A DNA stretch of 64,000 bases from Mobula hypostoma (lineage: Eukaryota), in the NCBI RefSeq assembly GCF_963921235.1, contig NC_086097.1:216258001-216322000 (forward strand), in the 5' to 3' direction. The position numbers and the translations under genes were made by a program. The notes under the pieces are model-generated. The model had not been told where the DNA came from, ran no database searches, and was given only the letters and a program-made list of their open reading frames with translations. This document shows, piece by piece, positions 50,621-63,837 of the stretch (its first letter is position 1; every line of letters begins with the position of its first letter).

Positions 50621-50961
50621 ACACAGCTAGTTAAGTCGCGAACCTTAAATTCTACGTCTGGCAGAAATAACTCCTCACTATCCAGACTGTCACTTCCAAT
50701 TAATACCTTGAGAACTTCAATCACTTCATATCTAAATTCTAGGGAATAAGACTCCAGATTTCATAATCTCCTTTTGTAACTATCAGTCTGGTGTTTCAAC
50801 TTTGCATTCTTCAAAATTAATATGTCCAGCTGAAGATGTGGTACTCAGAACCTCAGGACTTTGTATGTTAGCAGCATTGGTTGTTGTACCTCCTTTTACT
50901 CTATTCCTCCAGATATAAGAGACACAATTCTAATGGATTTCTTATTTGTTTTCCGAACATA

Positions 50962-51322
50962 CACTCAGTGGCCACTTTACTAGGTACACCTGTACACCTG
51001 CTCGTTAATGCAAATATTTAATCAACCAATCGTGGCAGCAACTTAATGCATAAAATTATGCAGACATGGACAAGAGGTTCAGTTGTTGTTCAGACCAAAC
51101 ATCAGAGTGGGGAGAAAATGTGATCTCAGTGACTTTGACCGCGGAGTGATTGTTGGTTCTAGACATGGTGGTTTGAGAGTCTCAGAAACTACTGATCTCT
51201 TAGGATCTTCACACAAAACCATCTCTGAAGTTCCCAGGGAATGGTACAAAATCCAAAAAAATATCCAGTGAGCAACAGTTCTGTAGGTGAAAGTGCCTTG
51301 TTAATGAGAGAGATTAAAGGAA
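50962..51322 (+). mobile_element. Tc1-like transposon 5' fragment (TIR plus transposase HTH N-terminus)
   Basis: TA|cactcagtggccacttta. Peptide GRKCDLSDFDRGVIVGSRHGGLRVSETTDLLG. Confidence 0.8.
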
Positions 51323-51503
51323 AACCTCCTCTGGGCCTGCTCCAATACAATAAACTGTTTGAGAATTTCAGATTTATGTTTTATATCAGGATGTCTTTGC
51401 TTCATGTCTGAAACATCAATGACTTTCAATACAGTGCAATCTCCTTCATTAAAGATAGAAGTGAACTTACACATTTAACTTATGTGTAATGTGTTATGTG
51501 TAA

Positions 51504-51671
51504 TTTGATGCCATGTCCAATCAAGAAATTAGCAAACTCTGCCTTAAACGCACCCAACGAGCTGGCCTCCACAGCTGCCTGTGGTTAAAAAAAATTCCAC
51601 AAATTCACCCCCCTCTGGTGAAAGAAATATCTCCGCACCTCTGTTTTAAATGGACGCCCCTCTATCCTGAG
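51504..51671. repeat. 168-bp exact local duplicate of 52443-52610 (CR1-derived)
   Basis: Base-for-base match by eye at a constant offset of 939 bp. Confidence 0.9.
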
Positions 51672-52310
51672 AATGGAGTTTAGAGAATAACTATGGAAAT
51701 CAGCACCCTAGTTTCGCAACGTTCCTAATACAGTAAAACTTTAATTATCGGTTATCTGTTCTGAAATCATGATAAAATTTGCATCAGGTGTAATCATAAG
51801 CCTGAAAGGTGAGCCAGGGTCCCAGTGCAAGCAGGGCCAGTGTCTGGACTGTGGATCAGGTGTGTATTGGGAGCCGGGTTGGAGTCTGAAACACCAGCAG
51901 TCAGGAACTTAGCAGGTAGAGACAAGATTCAAAGTGCTTGTACGTTTCCTGATCCCTTTAGACTCACTGGGTGCATTGCAACATTTATTACACCACTGAG
52001 TAACAAGTAAAGAAAGTGAAATGAAAGTGTATTGGTCTATTAAATAGTCCCTTCCATCAGGCACAAGCTACAAAACCCTGAAGTCATGTACTACCAGGCT
52101 CAAGGACGTCTTCTACCCTGCTACTATCAGACTCTTTAATGTAGGTCTTGTATGAAAATGTGGACTCTTGACCTCACAATCTTTCTCATTATTTATTTAT
52201 TTATTGAGATACAGAGCAGAATAGGTCCTGCCGGAGCCTCAGGCTGCACTGCCCAACAATAGCCTGATTTAACCCTAGTCTAATCACATTACAATTTTCG
52301 ATGACCAGTT

Positions 52311-52637
52311 AAGACCATCAGACCATAAGACACAGGAGCAGAATTAGGCCATTTGGCCCATCGTCTCTGCTCCGCCATTCAATCATGGCTGATCCTTTTT
52401 TCCCCCTCCTCAGCCCCACTCCCCGGCCTTCACCCCATAACCTTTGATGCCATGTCCAATCAAGAAATTAGCAAACTCTGCCTTAAACGCACCCAACGAG
52501 CTGGCCTCCACAGCTGCCTGTGGTTAAAAAAAATTCCACAAATTCACCCCCCTCTGGTGAAAGAAATATCTCCGCACCTCTGTTTTAAATGGACGCCCCT
52601 CTATCCTGAGGCCGTGCCCTTTTGTCCCAGACTCCTC
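52311..52637 (-). mobile_element. CR1 3' fragment
   Basis: Tail aagaccatcagaccataagacacaggagcagaattaggcc. Minus-strand peptide TKGHGLRIEGRPFKTEVRRYFF.QR.VNLWN. Confidence 0.85.
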
Positions 52638-52639
52638 CC

Positions 52640-52807
52640 AGTACCAACCAGTACATTTTTGTAACGTGGGAGGAAATTGGAGAACCTGGAAGAAAGCCAC
52701 ACGGTCGTGGAGAGAACATGCAAACTTCCGACAAACAGCGGCAGAAACTGAACTTGGGTCGCTGGTACTGTAAAGCATCATGCTAGCCACTCTGTTACTG
52801 TGCTGCC
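52640..52807 (-). mobile_element. V-SINE-like SINE head and V domain
   Basis: Minus strand reads ggcagcacagt..gtggctagca..ccaagttcag..gtttgcatgttctctcc..tttcctcccac. Confidence 0.65.
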
Positions 52808-53580
52808 ATAAAGGATGAACTTACACTTTGTACATCTGCACTGCGTTTCTCTGTAGCCTTTATACTTTATTCTGCAATGTTATTATTTTGCCTTGTTCTC
52901 CCTCACTGCACTGTGCAGTGATTTGATCTGTATGGTCAGTATGCAAAGCTGGCTTTGCTCTGTAACCTGGTACATGTGACAATAACGTTTTAATACCAGT
53001 ACCAATACAACCAAACTATAAGGATACCACATCATCGGAGATTTACTAGTATCTTGACTAGAAAAAAATGGTGTCGTCACTGTTGTTTCAGTAAGTAAGG
53101 GTTAGGTGTGGTATCATTCGTTGTATTTTGACAGATCAGATTGTCTTAGTTCAAAATGTAAACAATTTCAACAGCATGTTTTTTTCTCAGGAAAGGGGTG
53201 AAGATGTTGCAAGTTTAAACAATGGTTGATATATATTTCAATAGAGGGTGTGGGAGAAGTAGGTAGTCAGACTGGAATTGGATTTCTCCAGCAAAGAGCC
53301 AGCACAACACAATGAATAGCCTCCGTTTATGAGTTCATGATTACACATAATGCTTTATCACATTACTGAACATTTCCCACAAATTGCATCTCAGGAGTTA
53401 TTACTAATCAACCTACAATCACAGCAGCCAATGCACACACACCAGGGTTGAACAAACCACTAACCAAACCTGTTATTAATCTACTTTGGTGAAATTGGTT
53501 GAGAAAAGTTTGTTGCCATGGCACCCAGGGAGTTCCCCACTCACCTGCAAGCAGAGCTGTGCGATCTTCGACATGAAGAT

Positions 53581-55876
53581 GACAGAAGTCTGTGTAGGGG
53601 AGCACTTTGGTTCCAGTGATCATAACACCATTAGTTTCAGTTTGATCATGGACAAGGATAGATCTGGTCCTAGGGCTGAGGTTCTGAACTGGAAGAAGGC
53701 CAAATTTGAAGAAATGAGAAAGGATCTAAAAAGCGTGGATTGGGACAGGTTGTTCTCTGGCAAAGATGTGATTGGTAGGTGGGAAGCCTTCAAAGGGGAA
53801 ATTTTGAGAGTGCAGAGTTTGTATGTTCCTGTCAGGATTAAAGGCAAATTGAATAGGAATAAGGAACCTTGGTTCTCAAGGGATATTGCAACTCTGATAA
53901 AGAAGAAGAGGGAGTTGTATGAAATGTATAGGAAACAGGGGGTAAATCAGGTGCTTGAGGAGTATAAGAAGTGCAAGAAAATACTTAAGAAAGAAATCAG
54001 GAGGGCTAAAAGAAGACATGAGGTTGCCTTGGCAGTCAAAGTGAAGGAGAATTCAAAGAGCTTTTACAAGTATATTAAGAGCAAAAGGATTGTAAGGGAT
54101 AAAATTGGTCCTCTTGAAGATCAGAGTGGTCGGCTTTGTGCAGAACTGAAGGAAATAGGGGAGATCTTAAATAGGTTTTTTGCGTCTGTATTTACTAAGG
54201 AAGCTGGCATGAAATCTATGGAATTGAGGGAATCAAGTAGTGAGACCATGGAAGCTGTACAGATTGAAAAGGAGGAGGTGCTTGCTGTCTTGAGGAAAAT
54301 TAAAGTGGATAAATCCCAGGGACCTGACAGAGTGTTCCCTCGGACCTTGAAGGAGACTAGTGTTGAAATTGCGGGGGCCCTGGCAGAAATATTTAAAATG
54401 TCGCTGTCTACAGGTGAAGTGCCGGAGGATTGGAGAGTGGCTCATGTTGTTCCGTTGTTTAAAAAAGGATCGAAAAGTAATCCGGGAAATTATAGGCCGG
54501 TGAGTTTAACGTCACTAGTAGGTAAGTTATTGGAGGGAGTACTAAGAGACAGAATCTACAAGCATTTGGATAGACAGGGGCTTATTAGGGAGAGTCAACA
54601 TGGCTTTGTGCGTGGTAGGTCATGTTTGACCAATCTGTTGGAGTTTTTCGAGGAGATTACCAGGAAAGTGGATGAAGGGAAGGCAGTGGATATTGTCTAC
54701 ATGGACTTCAGTAAGGCCTTTGACAAGGTCCCACATGGGAGGTTAGTTATGAAAATTCAGACGCTAGGTATACATGGAGAGGTGGTAAATTGGATTAGAC
54801 ATTGGCTCGATGGAAGAAGCCAGAGAGTGGTGGTAGAGAATTGCTTCTCTGAGTGGAGGCCTGTGACTAGTGGTGTGCCACAGGGATCAGTGCTGGGTCC
54901 ATTGTTATTTGTCATCTATATCAATGATCTGGATGATAATGTGGTAAATTGGATCAGCAAGTTTGCTGATGATACAAAGATTGGAGGTGTAGTAGACAGT
55001 GAGGAAGGTTTTCAGAGCCTGCAGAGGGACTTGGACCATCTGGAAAAATGGGCTGAAAAATGGCAGATGGAGTTTAATACTGACAAGTGTGAGGTATTGC
55101 ACGTTGGAAGGACAAACCAACGTAGAACATACAGGGTTAATGGTAAGGCAGTGAGGAGTGCAGTGGAACAGAGGGATCTGGGAATACAGATACAAAATTC
55201 CCTAAAAGTGTCGTCACAGGTAGATAAGGTCGTAAAGAGAGCTTTGGTACATTGGGCTTTATTAATCGAAGTATTGAGTATAAGAGCTGGAATGTTATGA
55301 TGAGGTTGTATAAGGCATTGGTGAGGCCGAATCTGGAGTATTGTGTTCAGTTTTGGTCACCAAATTACAGGAAGGATATAAATAAGGTTGAAAGAGTGCA
55401 GAGAAGGTTTACAAGGATGTTGCCGGGACTTGAGAAACTCAGTTACAGAGAAAGGTTGAATAGGTTAGGACTTTATTCCCTGGAGCGTAGAAGAATGAGG
55501 GGAGATTTGATAGAGGTATATAAAATTATGATGGGTATAGATAGAGTGAATGCAAGCAGGCTTTTTCCACTGAGGCAAGCGGAGAAAAAAACCAGAGGAC
55601 ATGGGTTTAGGGTGAGGGGGGAAAAGTTTAAAGGGAACATTAGGGGGGGCTTCTTCACACAGAGAGTGGTGGGAGTATGGAATGAGCTGCCAGACGAGGT
55701 GGTAAATGCGGGTTCTTTTTTAACATTTAAGAATAAATTGGACAGATACATGGATGGGAGGTGTATGGAGGGATATGGTCCGTGTGCAGGTCAGTGGGAC
55801 TAGGCAGAAAATGGTTCGGCACAGCCAAGAAGGGCCAAAGGGCCTGTTTCTGTGCTGTAGTTTCTATGGTTCTATG
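53581..55876 (+). mobile_element. Young CR1 LINE, 5'-truncated, ORF2 with one frameshift near 55240
   Basis: ORFs 53486-55300 and 55252-55803 run from the APE C-terminal SDH through KFADDTK to the C-terminus. Tail is tttctatggttctatg. Confidence 0.95.
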
Positions 55877-58456
55877 ACCAGGCAATCATTACCTCAGCCT
55901 GAAAAAATGGAACAATGCTGTCACACTCAGTCAGTACTGCAGGTATTTAATCTAAATATTTAAGGAAGGTAGGATCTCAGGCTGCAATCCTCTTGAGTGT
56001 GAAGTGAGGGAGTTTAGATATATAAAAAACAGCAAATTAAAATGAGAATGATTTGGTGAGGGAAAGCCCAGTTCGAGGTTTCTCCCACCACTGTTTCTTA
56101 TGAGTATTACTGCTGTGCTTATCATCTGTGGCAGTGATTTTTAACAAGTGCATCAGGTTTTGGTAACACCATTGCAACATTGAACCTGAACATTGTTGAT
56201 TATTGGGTATTCTTCCAAGTGTGGGTCTGGGGACTATGTGAAAAATAGTCTCCATCATTGACCTTCATTTGATAAAGCAAGAGCTAACCAACATCTAGAT
56301 TAGGCGTCAGTACCGCTTTATTTTATTTTAATTTTGACAAAATTTGACAATGTATCAAAGATGGCAATTAAATTTGACTTTTTTCCGGTCTTGTTTCTCC
56401 CACCTCATGGTGAAGTGGGGTTTCAGCAAGGAGCTGGTGGAGCAGAGTGGTGGAGGATATTTTCTTCTCTATCAAGTATTCCACGTTTAGATGCAAATGT
56501 AAAACAGATTAAGCTGTTTGTACAAACTAATCCGTTTCTCCTATGCCTACCCTCCACCCCTCCCCCCCATACCAAACTCCATCTTCAGTGGAGTGCTGCA
56601 CTAAATGGAGTGGCTTAAAACTCCGCGAGCGTGAAACAGTATCAGCAGAACTTGCAAGCACTGCCAAAAGGTGCTCGGGGTGTCCAGGCACTGCCAGCTG
56701 TTTGTACCTTGTATTAAAAGACATCATGTTCCCAATTTTCTTCAATAAAACAAGGAATCTGCCAATTTGTGTTGTCTGCTTCTGGAGAAGGATCACAGTC
56801 CAGGTTCAGCGGGTTGGAAAAGAATTGGAGAGAACAGGCCACTGTTCCCAGTGCAGCTTGCTGTCACAGTTTGACTGACAAACTGACTTTTGAGGTGTTC
56901 TTGCCCATTCCAGTCACAGTTTATTGAAGGTGATTTTGATCTTCTCTGTGAGGCCGCAGCAGTGGCCACGCCATCTGTCACCTTGATTGCATCTGAGATT
57001 CTCTGGAGAGAGCACGATGGCTCCTGATCGTTTACAGATTGTGCTGCTTTCGCCTCCATAAGGACCACATGCACAGAGCCAGATGGTGAACATACACGCT
57101 TATTATGAGTCTTTATCTCAGTGCAGGAAGGGTAGGAACCATTAGATCTCCCTCAGGAACCCAGCATCATGCTGTTTCTCAGCAAATACAGCCTTATTCA
57201 GCTGTCATCACCCTACCTCCAGATTATTTGCGAAAAGAAGAGAGAGAAAAAGAAAACAAGTATTTTATCAGCTGCATTAAAATATGGGCTCAGGTATCTC
57301 TGACTGCTCCCCCACCATGAAAATTATTGGCAACATAAGATTTGTAGTTTCATTGCTTGCTGTGTATAATAAACCAGACTTTGGGGATTTTGCCAGCAAA
57401 CCTCACCTTACAAAGGATAACAGCTACTCATTTAGGCCCAGCTGCAAAAAGTGAAATATGTTCTGCTGTTTAAATTCTGTCAGCACCTGCAATTATCCCT
57501 GTTCCAATACCAGCAGAGAGAAAATCGCACTATTGTGGTATGGATTCTGTTTCATACAGTATGTTGGCTATTATACAGTACATCCCTGTATTGATGTCTT
57601 ATAAAAATGACTGCATGATAATTTAGCTATTGAACTGAGCATTAAGCATACGATTGCATACAATTTTTAATGTATTACCATACATAGTATCAAATTTGAA
57701 AGAAGACTCCATTTGCAATAAAATTTCATGCATTTTATAACAAACCCAATTCCTACCTCTCTCCAGAAAAATTGTTCAAAATAATACCCTTGGAAATTTT
57801 TAAATTATTTCTCCCTCTGCCTTTGTGAACGTTAATACATTGTACACATCAAGTAAATCTGCTGTGTTTGTTGAGTTCAGCTTCACTCCAATCGTCCTTC
57901 AACACATGTCATCTACTTAGTTGTGTCATAAATGCTCTGTGTCAGAAAGGTGAGCAATCTCTGTGAGCAGAGTCAAGAAGATAAAGAGCTTGTGTATATA
58001 TTGTAAAACAATAGCAGATGGTTAGGATGCATTGTAGGCTTGCTTCAACTCCCCTGTCAGTCGGGGGCTTGTGTATGTAAGGATGGTTTCACCACTTGCG
58101 TATATATTGACTTAACACCAACTTGGGAATTTTCACAAATCACTCCTTAACAGCTCCTTTCTCTATATATATATCAACTGTTGAAATATATAAATATTTT
58201 CCAAATCAGTTATTGCCATATTGTGAGCATTAACAATTTAAACACTTTCTACTATAATTTGTAACAGGTCATGAAATTTAGCTGAACGTTTTCACAGCTC
58301 CACTGCTGCAGTTGGCAGTTTTCACAAAAGCCACAGTACAGAGTTCAGCTCACATGGTACAGGACAGGCCTAAATTCCAACCCTTTATGGTCTGTGCAGT
58401 TGAATATCATATAGGTTGTCAATACACTAATCAAAGTACCATCAATAATTCACTAG

Positions 58457-59062
58457 TGTAACACTCGCTTCGCCTAGCAGCTTAATATAGTGGATGATAA
58501 CCCCCTGCCCGGCCAAACTTCAGAAATCTTGTTTGCATGGATGCCGCGTGATGTGTCCCCTGTTACAAATCAGTACCCCAAAATAACAAACAGTACACAG
58601 TATGTGATTAAACGATTAAGCTTTATAACTCTTACTTTGACTATATGGTTAGTAGAGAAACAAAATATAAAAGAAAAAGAGCCCAAATCATAAGATTTAA
58701 TAATAAACAGTCTGTGCACAAGTGGGAGCTCATGTAGTTCAGTAGATCTTCTTCCACCATCGATCTCCTCCGAACATTGCCAACCTTTGGACCCCTGTTC
58801 CGAGTTCACCCCGTCCAGCAGTCTACCAAATCTCTCCATTCACGTCCTCTTTCTTCATCTCTCCCTCTCCCTCTCACAAAAGCCCGCGAAGTCAACTGCT
58901 TCCAGAATCACAAGACACAGCAACAATCTCTTGTTGGCTAACATGCATCCTGTTATCTCCAGCCATAACCCAAACATTGCTGCTACAGAGAAACCATTAC
59001 CTCAGCAGTTAACATTACAGAGAAGCCATTACATTAGCAGTGAAATCTTGCAGCACATTACA
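58457..59062. mobile_element. Solo LTR (606 bp)
   Basis: TGTAA...TTACA termini with the 4-bp TSD ctag (58453-58456 and 59063-59066). No PBS or internal gag/pol on either side. Confidence 0.75.
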
Positions 59063-59089
59063 CTAGGCATCTCCTATCATCACTTGTAA

Positions 59090-62000
59090 CACAGAGTCTG
59101 GCCCTATGGCTCAGATGTGTAGGGAAAGGAAGAGGATGGCAGCGGTGATAGGGGGCTCTATAGTTAGGGGGTCAGATAGGCAATTCTGTGGACGCAAGAA
59201 AGAAACTCCCAGGTGCCAGGGTCCGGGATGTTTCTGATCATGTCCACAATATCTTGAAGTGGGAAGGAAAACAGCCAGAGGTCGTGGCACATATTGGTAC
59301 CAACGACATAGGTAGGAAAAGGGAGGAGTTCATGACAAAAGACTACAAGGAGTTAGGAAAGAAGTTGAGAAGCAGGACCTCAAAGGTAGTAATCTCAGGA
59401 TTACTGCCTGTGCCACGTGACAGTGAGAATAGGAATAGAATGAGGTGGAGGATAAACGTGTGGCTGAGGGATTGGAGCAGGGAGCAGGGATTCAGATTTC
59501 TGGATCATTGGGACCTCTTCTGGGGCAGGTGTGACCTGTACAAAAAGGATGGGTTGCACTTTAACCCGAGGGGGACCAATATCCTGGCGGGAAGGTTTGC
59601 TAAGGCTATTGGGGAGAGTTTAAACTAGAATTGCTGGGGGGTGGGAACCGAACTGAAATGACGGAAGAAAAGGAGGTTGGCTCACAAACAGAGAAAGTTT
59701 GGAGACTGCGCAAAAGGGAGGATAGGCAGGTAATCGAGGAGGGACGCACTCAGTCTGATGGTTTGATGCGAGGAGTATCATGAATAAAGTGGATGAGCTT
59801 AGAGCGTGGATCAGCTTTGGAGCTATGATGTCATGGCCATTACAGAGACTTGGATGGTGCAGGGGCAGGAATGGCTACTTCAAGTGCCAGGCTTTAGATA
59901 TTTCAGAATGGATAGGGAGGGAGGCAAAAGAGGTGGGGGCATGGCACTGTTGATGAGAGATAGTGTCACGGCTGCAGAAAAGGAGAAAGTAATGGAGGGG
60001 TTGTCTCGGAGTCTCTGTGGGTGAAAGTTAGGAACAGGAAGGGATCAATAACTCTACTGGGTGTTTTTTATAGACCACCCAATAGTAACAGGGACATGGA
60101 GGAGCAGATAGGGAGACAGATGGAGACAGAGACAAAAGGTATAATAATAACAGGGGTTTCATGGTGGGAGATTCAAATTTCCCAAATATTGATTGGCATC
60201 TCCCTAGAGTGAGGGGTTTAGATAGGGTAGAGTTTGTTAGGTGTGTTCAGGAAGGTTTCTTGACACAATATGTAGATAAGCCTGCAAGAGGAGAGGCTAT
60301 ACTTGATCTGGTATTGGGAAATGATCCTGGTCAGGTGTCAGGTCTCTCAGTGGGACAGCATTTTGGAGATGGTGATCACAATTCTATTTCCGTTACCATA
60401 GCATTGGAGAGGGACGGGAACAGACAAGTTAGGGAAACGTTTAACTGGAGTAAGGGGAACAATGAGGCTATCAGACAGGCACTTGAAAGCATTAATTGGA
60501 AACAGATGTTCTCAGGGAAAAGTACCAAAAAAATGGCAAATGTTCAGTGGATATTTGCGTGGGGTTCTGAGTAGGTACGTTCAAATGATACATGGAAAGG
60601 ATGGTAGGGTACAAAATCCGTGGTGCACAAAGGCTGTTGTAAATCTAGTCAAGAAGAAAAGAAGAGCTTACGAAAGGTTCAAAAAACTAGGTAATGATAT
60701 GAATCTAGAAGATTATAAGGCTTACAGGAAGGAGCCTAAGAATGAAATTAGGAGAGCCAGAAGGGGCCATGAGAAGTCCTTGGCGGACAGGATTAAGGAA
60801 AACCCCAAGGCATTCTACAAATATGAAGAGCAAGAGGATAAGATGTGAGAGAATAGGACCAATCAAGTGTGGCAATGGAAAAGTGTGTATGGAACCGGAG
60901 GAGATAGCGGAGGTACTTAATGAATACTTGGCTTCAGTATTCACTATGGAAAAGGATCTTGGTGATTGTAGGGATGACTTGCAGTGGACTGAAAAGCTTG
61001 AGAATGTAGATATTAAGAATGAGGATATGGAAGCTTTTGGAAAGCACCAAGCTGGATAAGTCACCGGGACTGGACAGGATGTACCCCAGGCTACTGTGGG
61101 AAGTGAGGGAGGAGATTGCTGAGCCTCTGGCAATGATCTTTGCATCATCAATGAGAACGGGAAAGGTTCCGGAGGATTGGAGAGTTGCGGATGTTATTAG
61201 ATTATGAAAACACGCAGCCCTCTTTTATTGTCATTTAGTAATGCATGCATTAAGAAGTGATACAATATTTCCTCCGGTGTGATATCACAAAACACAGGAC
61301 AAACCAAGTCTGAAAAAATTAACAAAACCACATAATTATAACATATAGTTACAACAGTGCAACAATACCATAACTTGATGAAAAAGAGTCCATGGCACAG
61401 TAAGAACTTCAAGGTCTCTCAAATGTCCCACATCTCACGCAGACAGGAAAAGGAAGAAAACTCTCCCTGCCATGCCCGACCACAGTCTGACTCTGAGTCG
61501 TCCGAAAACTTCGAGCCTACAATTAGCCCTCCGACACCGAGTACTGAGCACCATCTCTATCCGAACGATTTGACCTCAATCTCAGTCACCAGCAGCAGGC
61601 AAAGCCGGGGATTTTGGGGCCTTCCCTCCAGAAGATTTCTCGATCGCGCAGTAATAACTGCAGCGAACTGGCGTTTCAGAAATTCTCCAGATGTTCCTCT
61701 GTGCTTTCACGTCTGTCTCCATCAAAGCAGAATTGTCCATGGCCCCTATTTAACGGATATGATATAATTTTTACTGGAGGGCTGCGCGCGCGTGGCGTGC
61801 TGCTATCTCCTCCTCCCGCCTGTTGTTCCCTTATTCAAGAAAGGGAGTAGAGATATCCCAGGAAATTATAGGCCAGTGAGTGTTACTTCAGTGGTTGGTA
61901 AGTTGATGGAGAAGATCCTGAGAGGCAGGATTTATGAACATTTGGAGAGGTATAATATGATTAGGAACAGTCAGTATGGCTTTGTCAAGGGCAGGTCATG

Positions 62001-63170
62001 CCTTACAAGCCTGGTAGAATTTTTTGAGGATGTGACTAAACACCTTGATGAAGAAAGAGTAGTAGATGTAGTGTATATGAATTTCAGCAAGGTATTTGGT
62101 AAGGTACCCCATGCAAGGCTTATTGAGAAAGTACGGAGGGTCATATTCTGCATTGAGGCCGGTGACCAGTGGTGTGCCTCAGGGATCTGTTCTGGGACCC
62201 CTACTCTTTGTGATTTTTATAAATGACCCGGATGAGGAAGTGGAGGGTTTGGTTAGTAAATGTGCTGATAACACAAAGGTTGGGTGTGTTGTGCATAGTG
62301 TGGAGGGCTGTCAGAGGTTACAACGGGACATTGATAGGATGCAAAACTAGGCTGAGAAGTGGCAGATGGAGTTCAACCCAGACAAGTGTAGGATGGTTCA
62401 TTTTGGTAGGTCAAATATGATGGCAGAATATAGTATAAATGGTAAGACTTTTGGCATTGTGGAGGATCAGAGGGATCTTGGAGTCTAAGTCCATAGGACA
62501 CTCAAAGCTGCTACGCAGGTTGACTCTGTGGTTAAGAAGGCATATGGTGCATTGTCCTTCATCAATTGTGGGATTGAGTTTAAGAACCAAGAGGTAATGT
62601 TGCAGCTAAATAGGACCCTGGTCAGACCCCACTTGGAGTACTGTGCTCAATTCTGGTCGCCTCACTATAGGAAGGATGTGGAAACCATAGAAAGGGTGCA
62701 GAGGAGATTTACAAGAATGTTGCCCAGATTGGGGAGCATGCCTTATGAGAATAGGTTGAGTGAACTTGGCCTTTTCTCCTTGGAGCGACAGAGGATGAGA
62801 GGTGACTTGATAGAGGTGTACAAGATAATGAGAGGCATTGATCGTGTGGATAGTCAGAGGCTTTTTCTCAGGTCTGAATTGGTTTGCACGAGAGGGCACA
62901 GTTTTAAGGTGCTTGCAAGTAGGTACAGAGGAGATGTCAGGGGTAAGTTTTTTACGCAGAGAGTGGTGAGTGTGTGGAATGGGTTGCCAGTGGCAGTGGT
63001 GGAGGCAGAAATGATAGGGTCTTTTAAGAGACTCCTGGATGGCTACATGGAGCTTAGAAAATAGAGGGCCATGGGTAAAGCCAAGGTAGTTCCAAAGTAA
63101 GGACATGTTCAGCACAGCTTTGTGGGCCGAAGGTCCTGTATTGTACTGTATGTTTTCTATGTTTCTATGT
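59090..63170 (+). mobile_element. CR1 LINE (ORF1 esterase plus degenerate ORF2), related to 1245-6230, with a nested insertion and an internal deletion near 62140
   Basis: HIGTND and LDHWDLFW (59188-59628); AITETW, YRPP and GDSNFP APE motifs; RT fragments. Tail is ttttctatgtttctatg. Confidence 0.93.
61196..61820 (-). mobile_element. ORF-less non-autonomous retroelement, copy 3, nested in CR1
   Basis: Reverse complement of the 47394 family. It splits the CR1 sequence gcggatgtt|gttccc. Candidate TSD tgtt (61192-61195 and 61821-61824). Confidence 0.85.
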
Positions 63171-63664
63171 AGTATATTTATATTTTTCATTAACCCAAAT
63201 GAATATATTTTATTAAAAATTGACGAGCTGCTCCAATTTTCTGACTGCACTGTTGGTTTTACACATGGAAGTGAATGGAAGAAAGTGATCCCTCTCAAAA
63301 ACACAAGGGATTCTGGAGATCCTGGAAATTTGGAGCAACACATACAAAAAGTTGGAGAAACTCAGCAGATCAGGCATCTGCTATGGAGATGAATAAAGCA
63401 CCAACAACCCAGCCCAAGATCCTTCTTCAGATTCCTCCCAAGGTGTTGTTCCAATATTAGAACATAGAACGTAGAAAATCTACAGCACATTACAGCCTGA
63501 CCGACTGGGTTCCTCCAGCATTTTGTGTGTGTTACACAAACAAAGCTGCTGTGAACCAAAGTTAGAGGCAGTGGATACAACTGAACTATTTTTCTGGAGC
63601 ATAAATGAGAAGTTAAAGAAATACTTGGCCAAGTACTCCATTATCCCCTCGGCAATCCGAAGCA

Positions 63665-63837
63665 GGATGGCACGGTGGCTCAGCTGGTAAAACTGCAGCC
63701 TCATAACTCCATCAGCTTGAGTTCAATCCTAACCGCAAGTGCTGTCTGTGTGGAATTTGCATGTTCTCCTTCTATAGTGATTTCCTCGGGTGCTCAGTTT
63801 CCTCCTACATCCAAATGACATGCGTGCTAGTAGGCTG
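63665..63837 (+). mobile_element. V-SINE/HE1-like SINE
   Basis: A-box-like tggctcagctgg, B-box-like gagttcaatcc, and V-domain-like gtgctgtctgtgtggaatttgcatgttctcc..tttcctcgggtgctcagtttcctcc. Confidence 0.75.

Noticed and set aside
53486..53580. N-terminal extension of the 604-aa ORF as a host-LINE fusion gene
   Set aside because: It is a short stop-free flank in frame with a 5'-truncated CR1. The downstream ORF is frameshifted and there is no splice evidence.
63665..63740. tRNA gene
   Set aside because: A/B-box-like motifs run directly into a V-domain-like SINE body, and no cloverleaf is evident.
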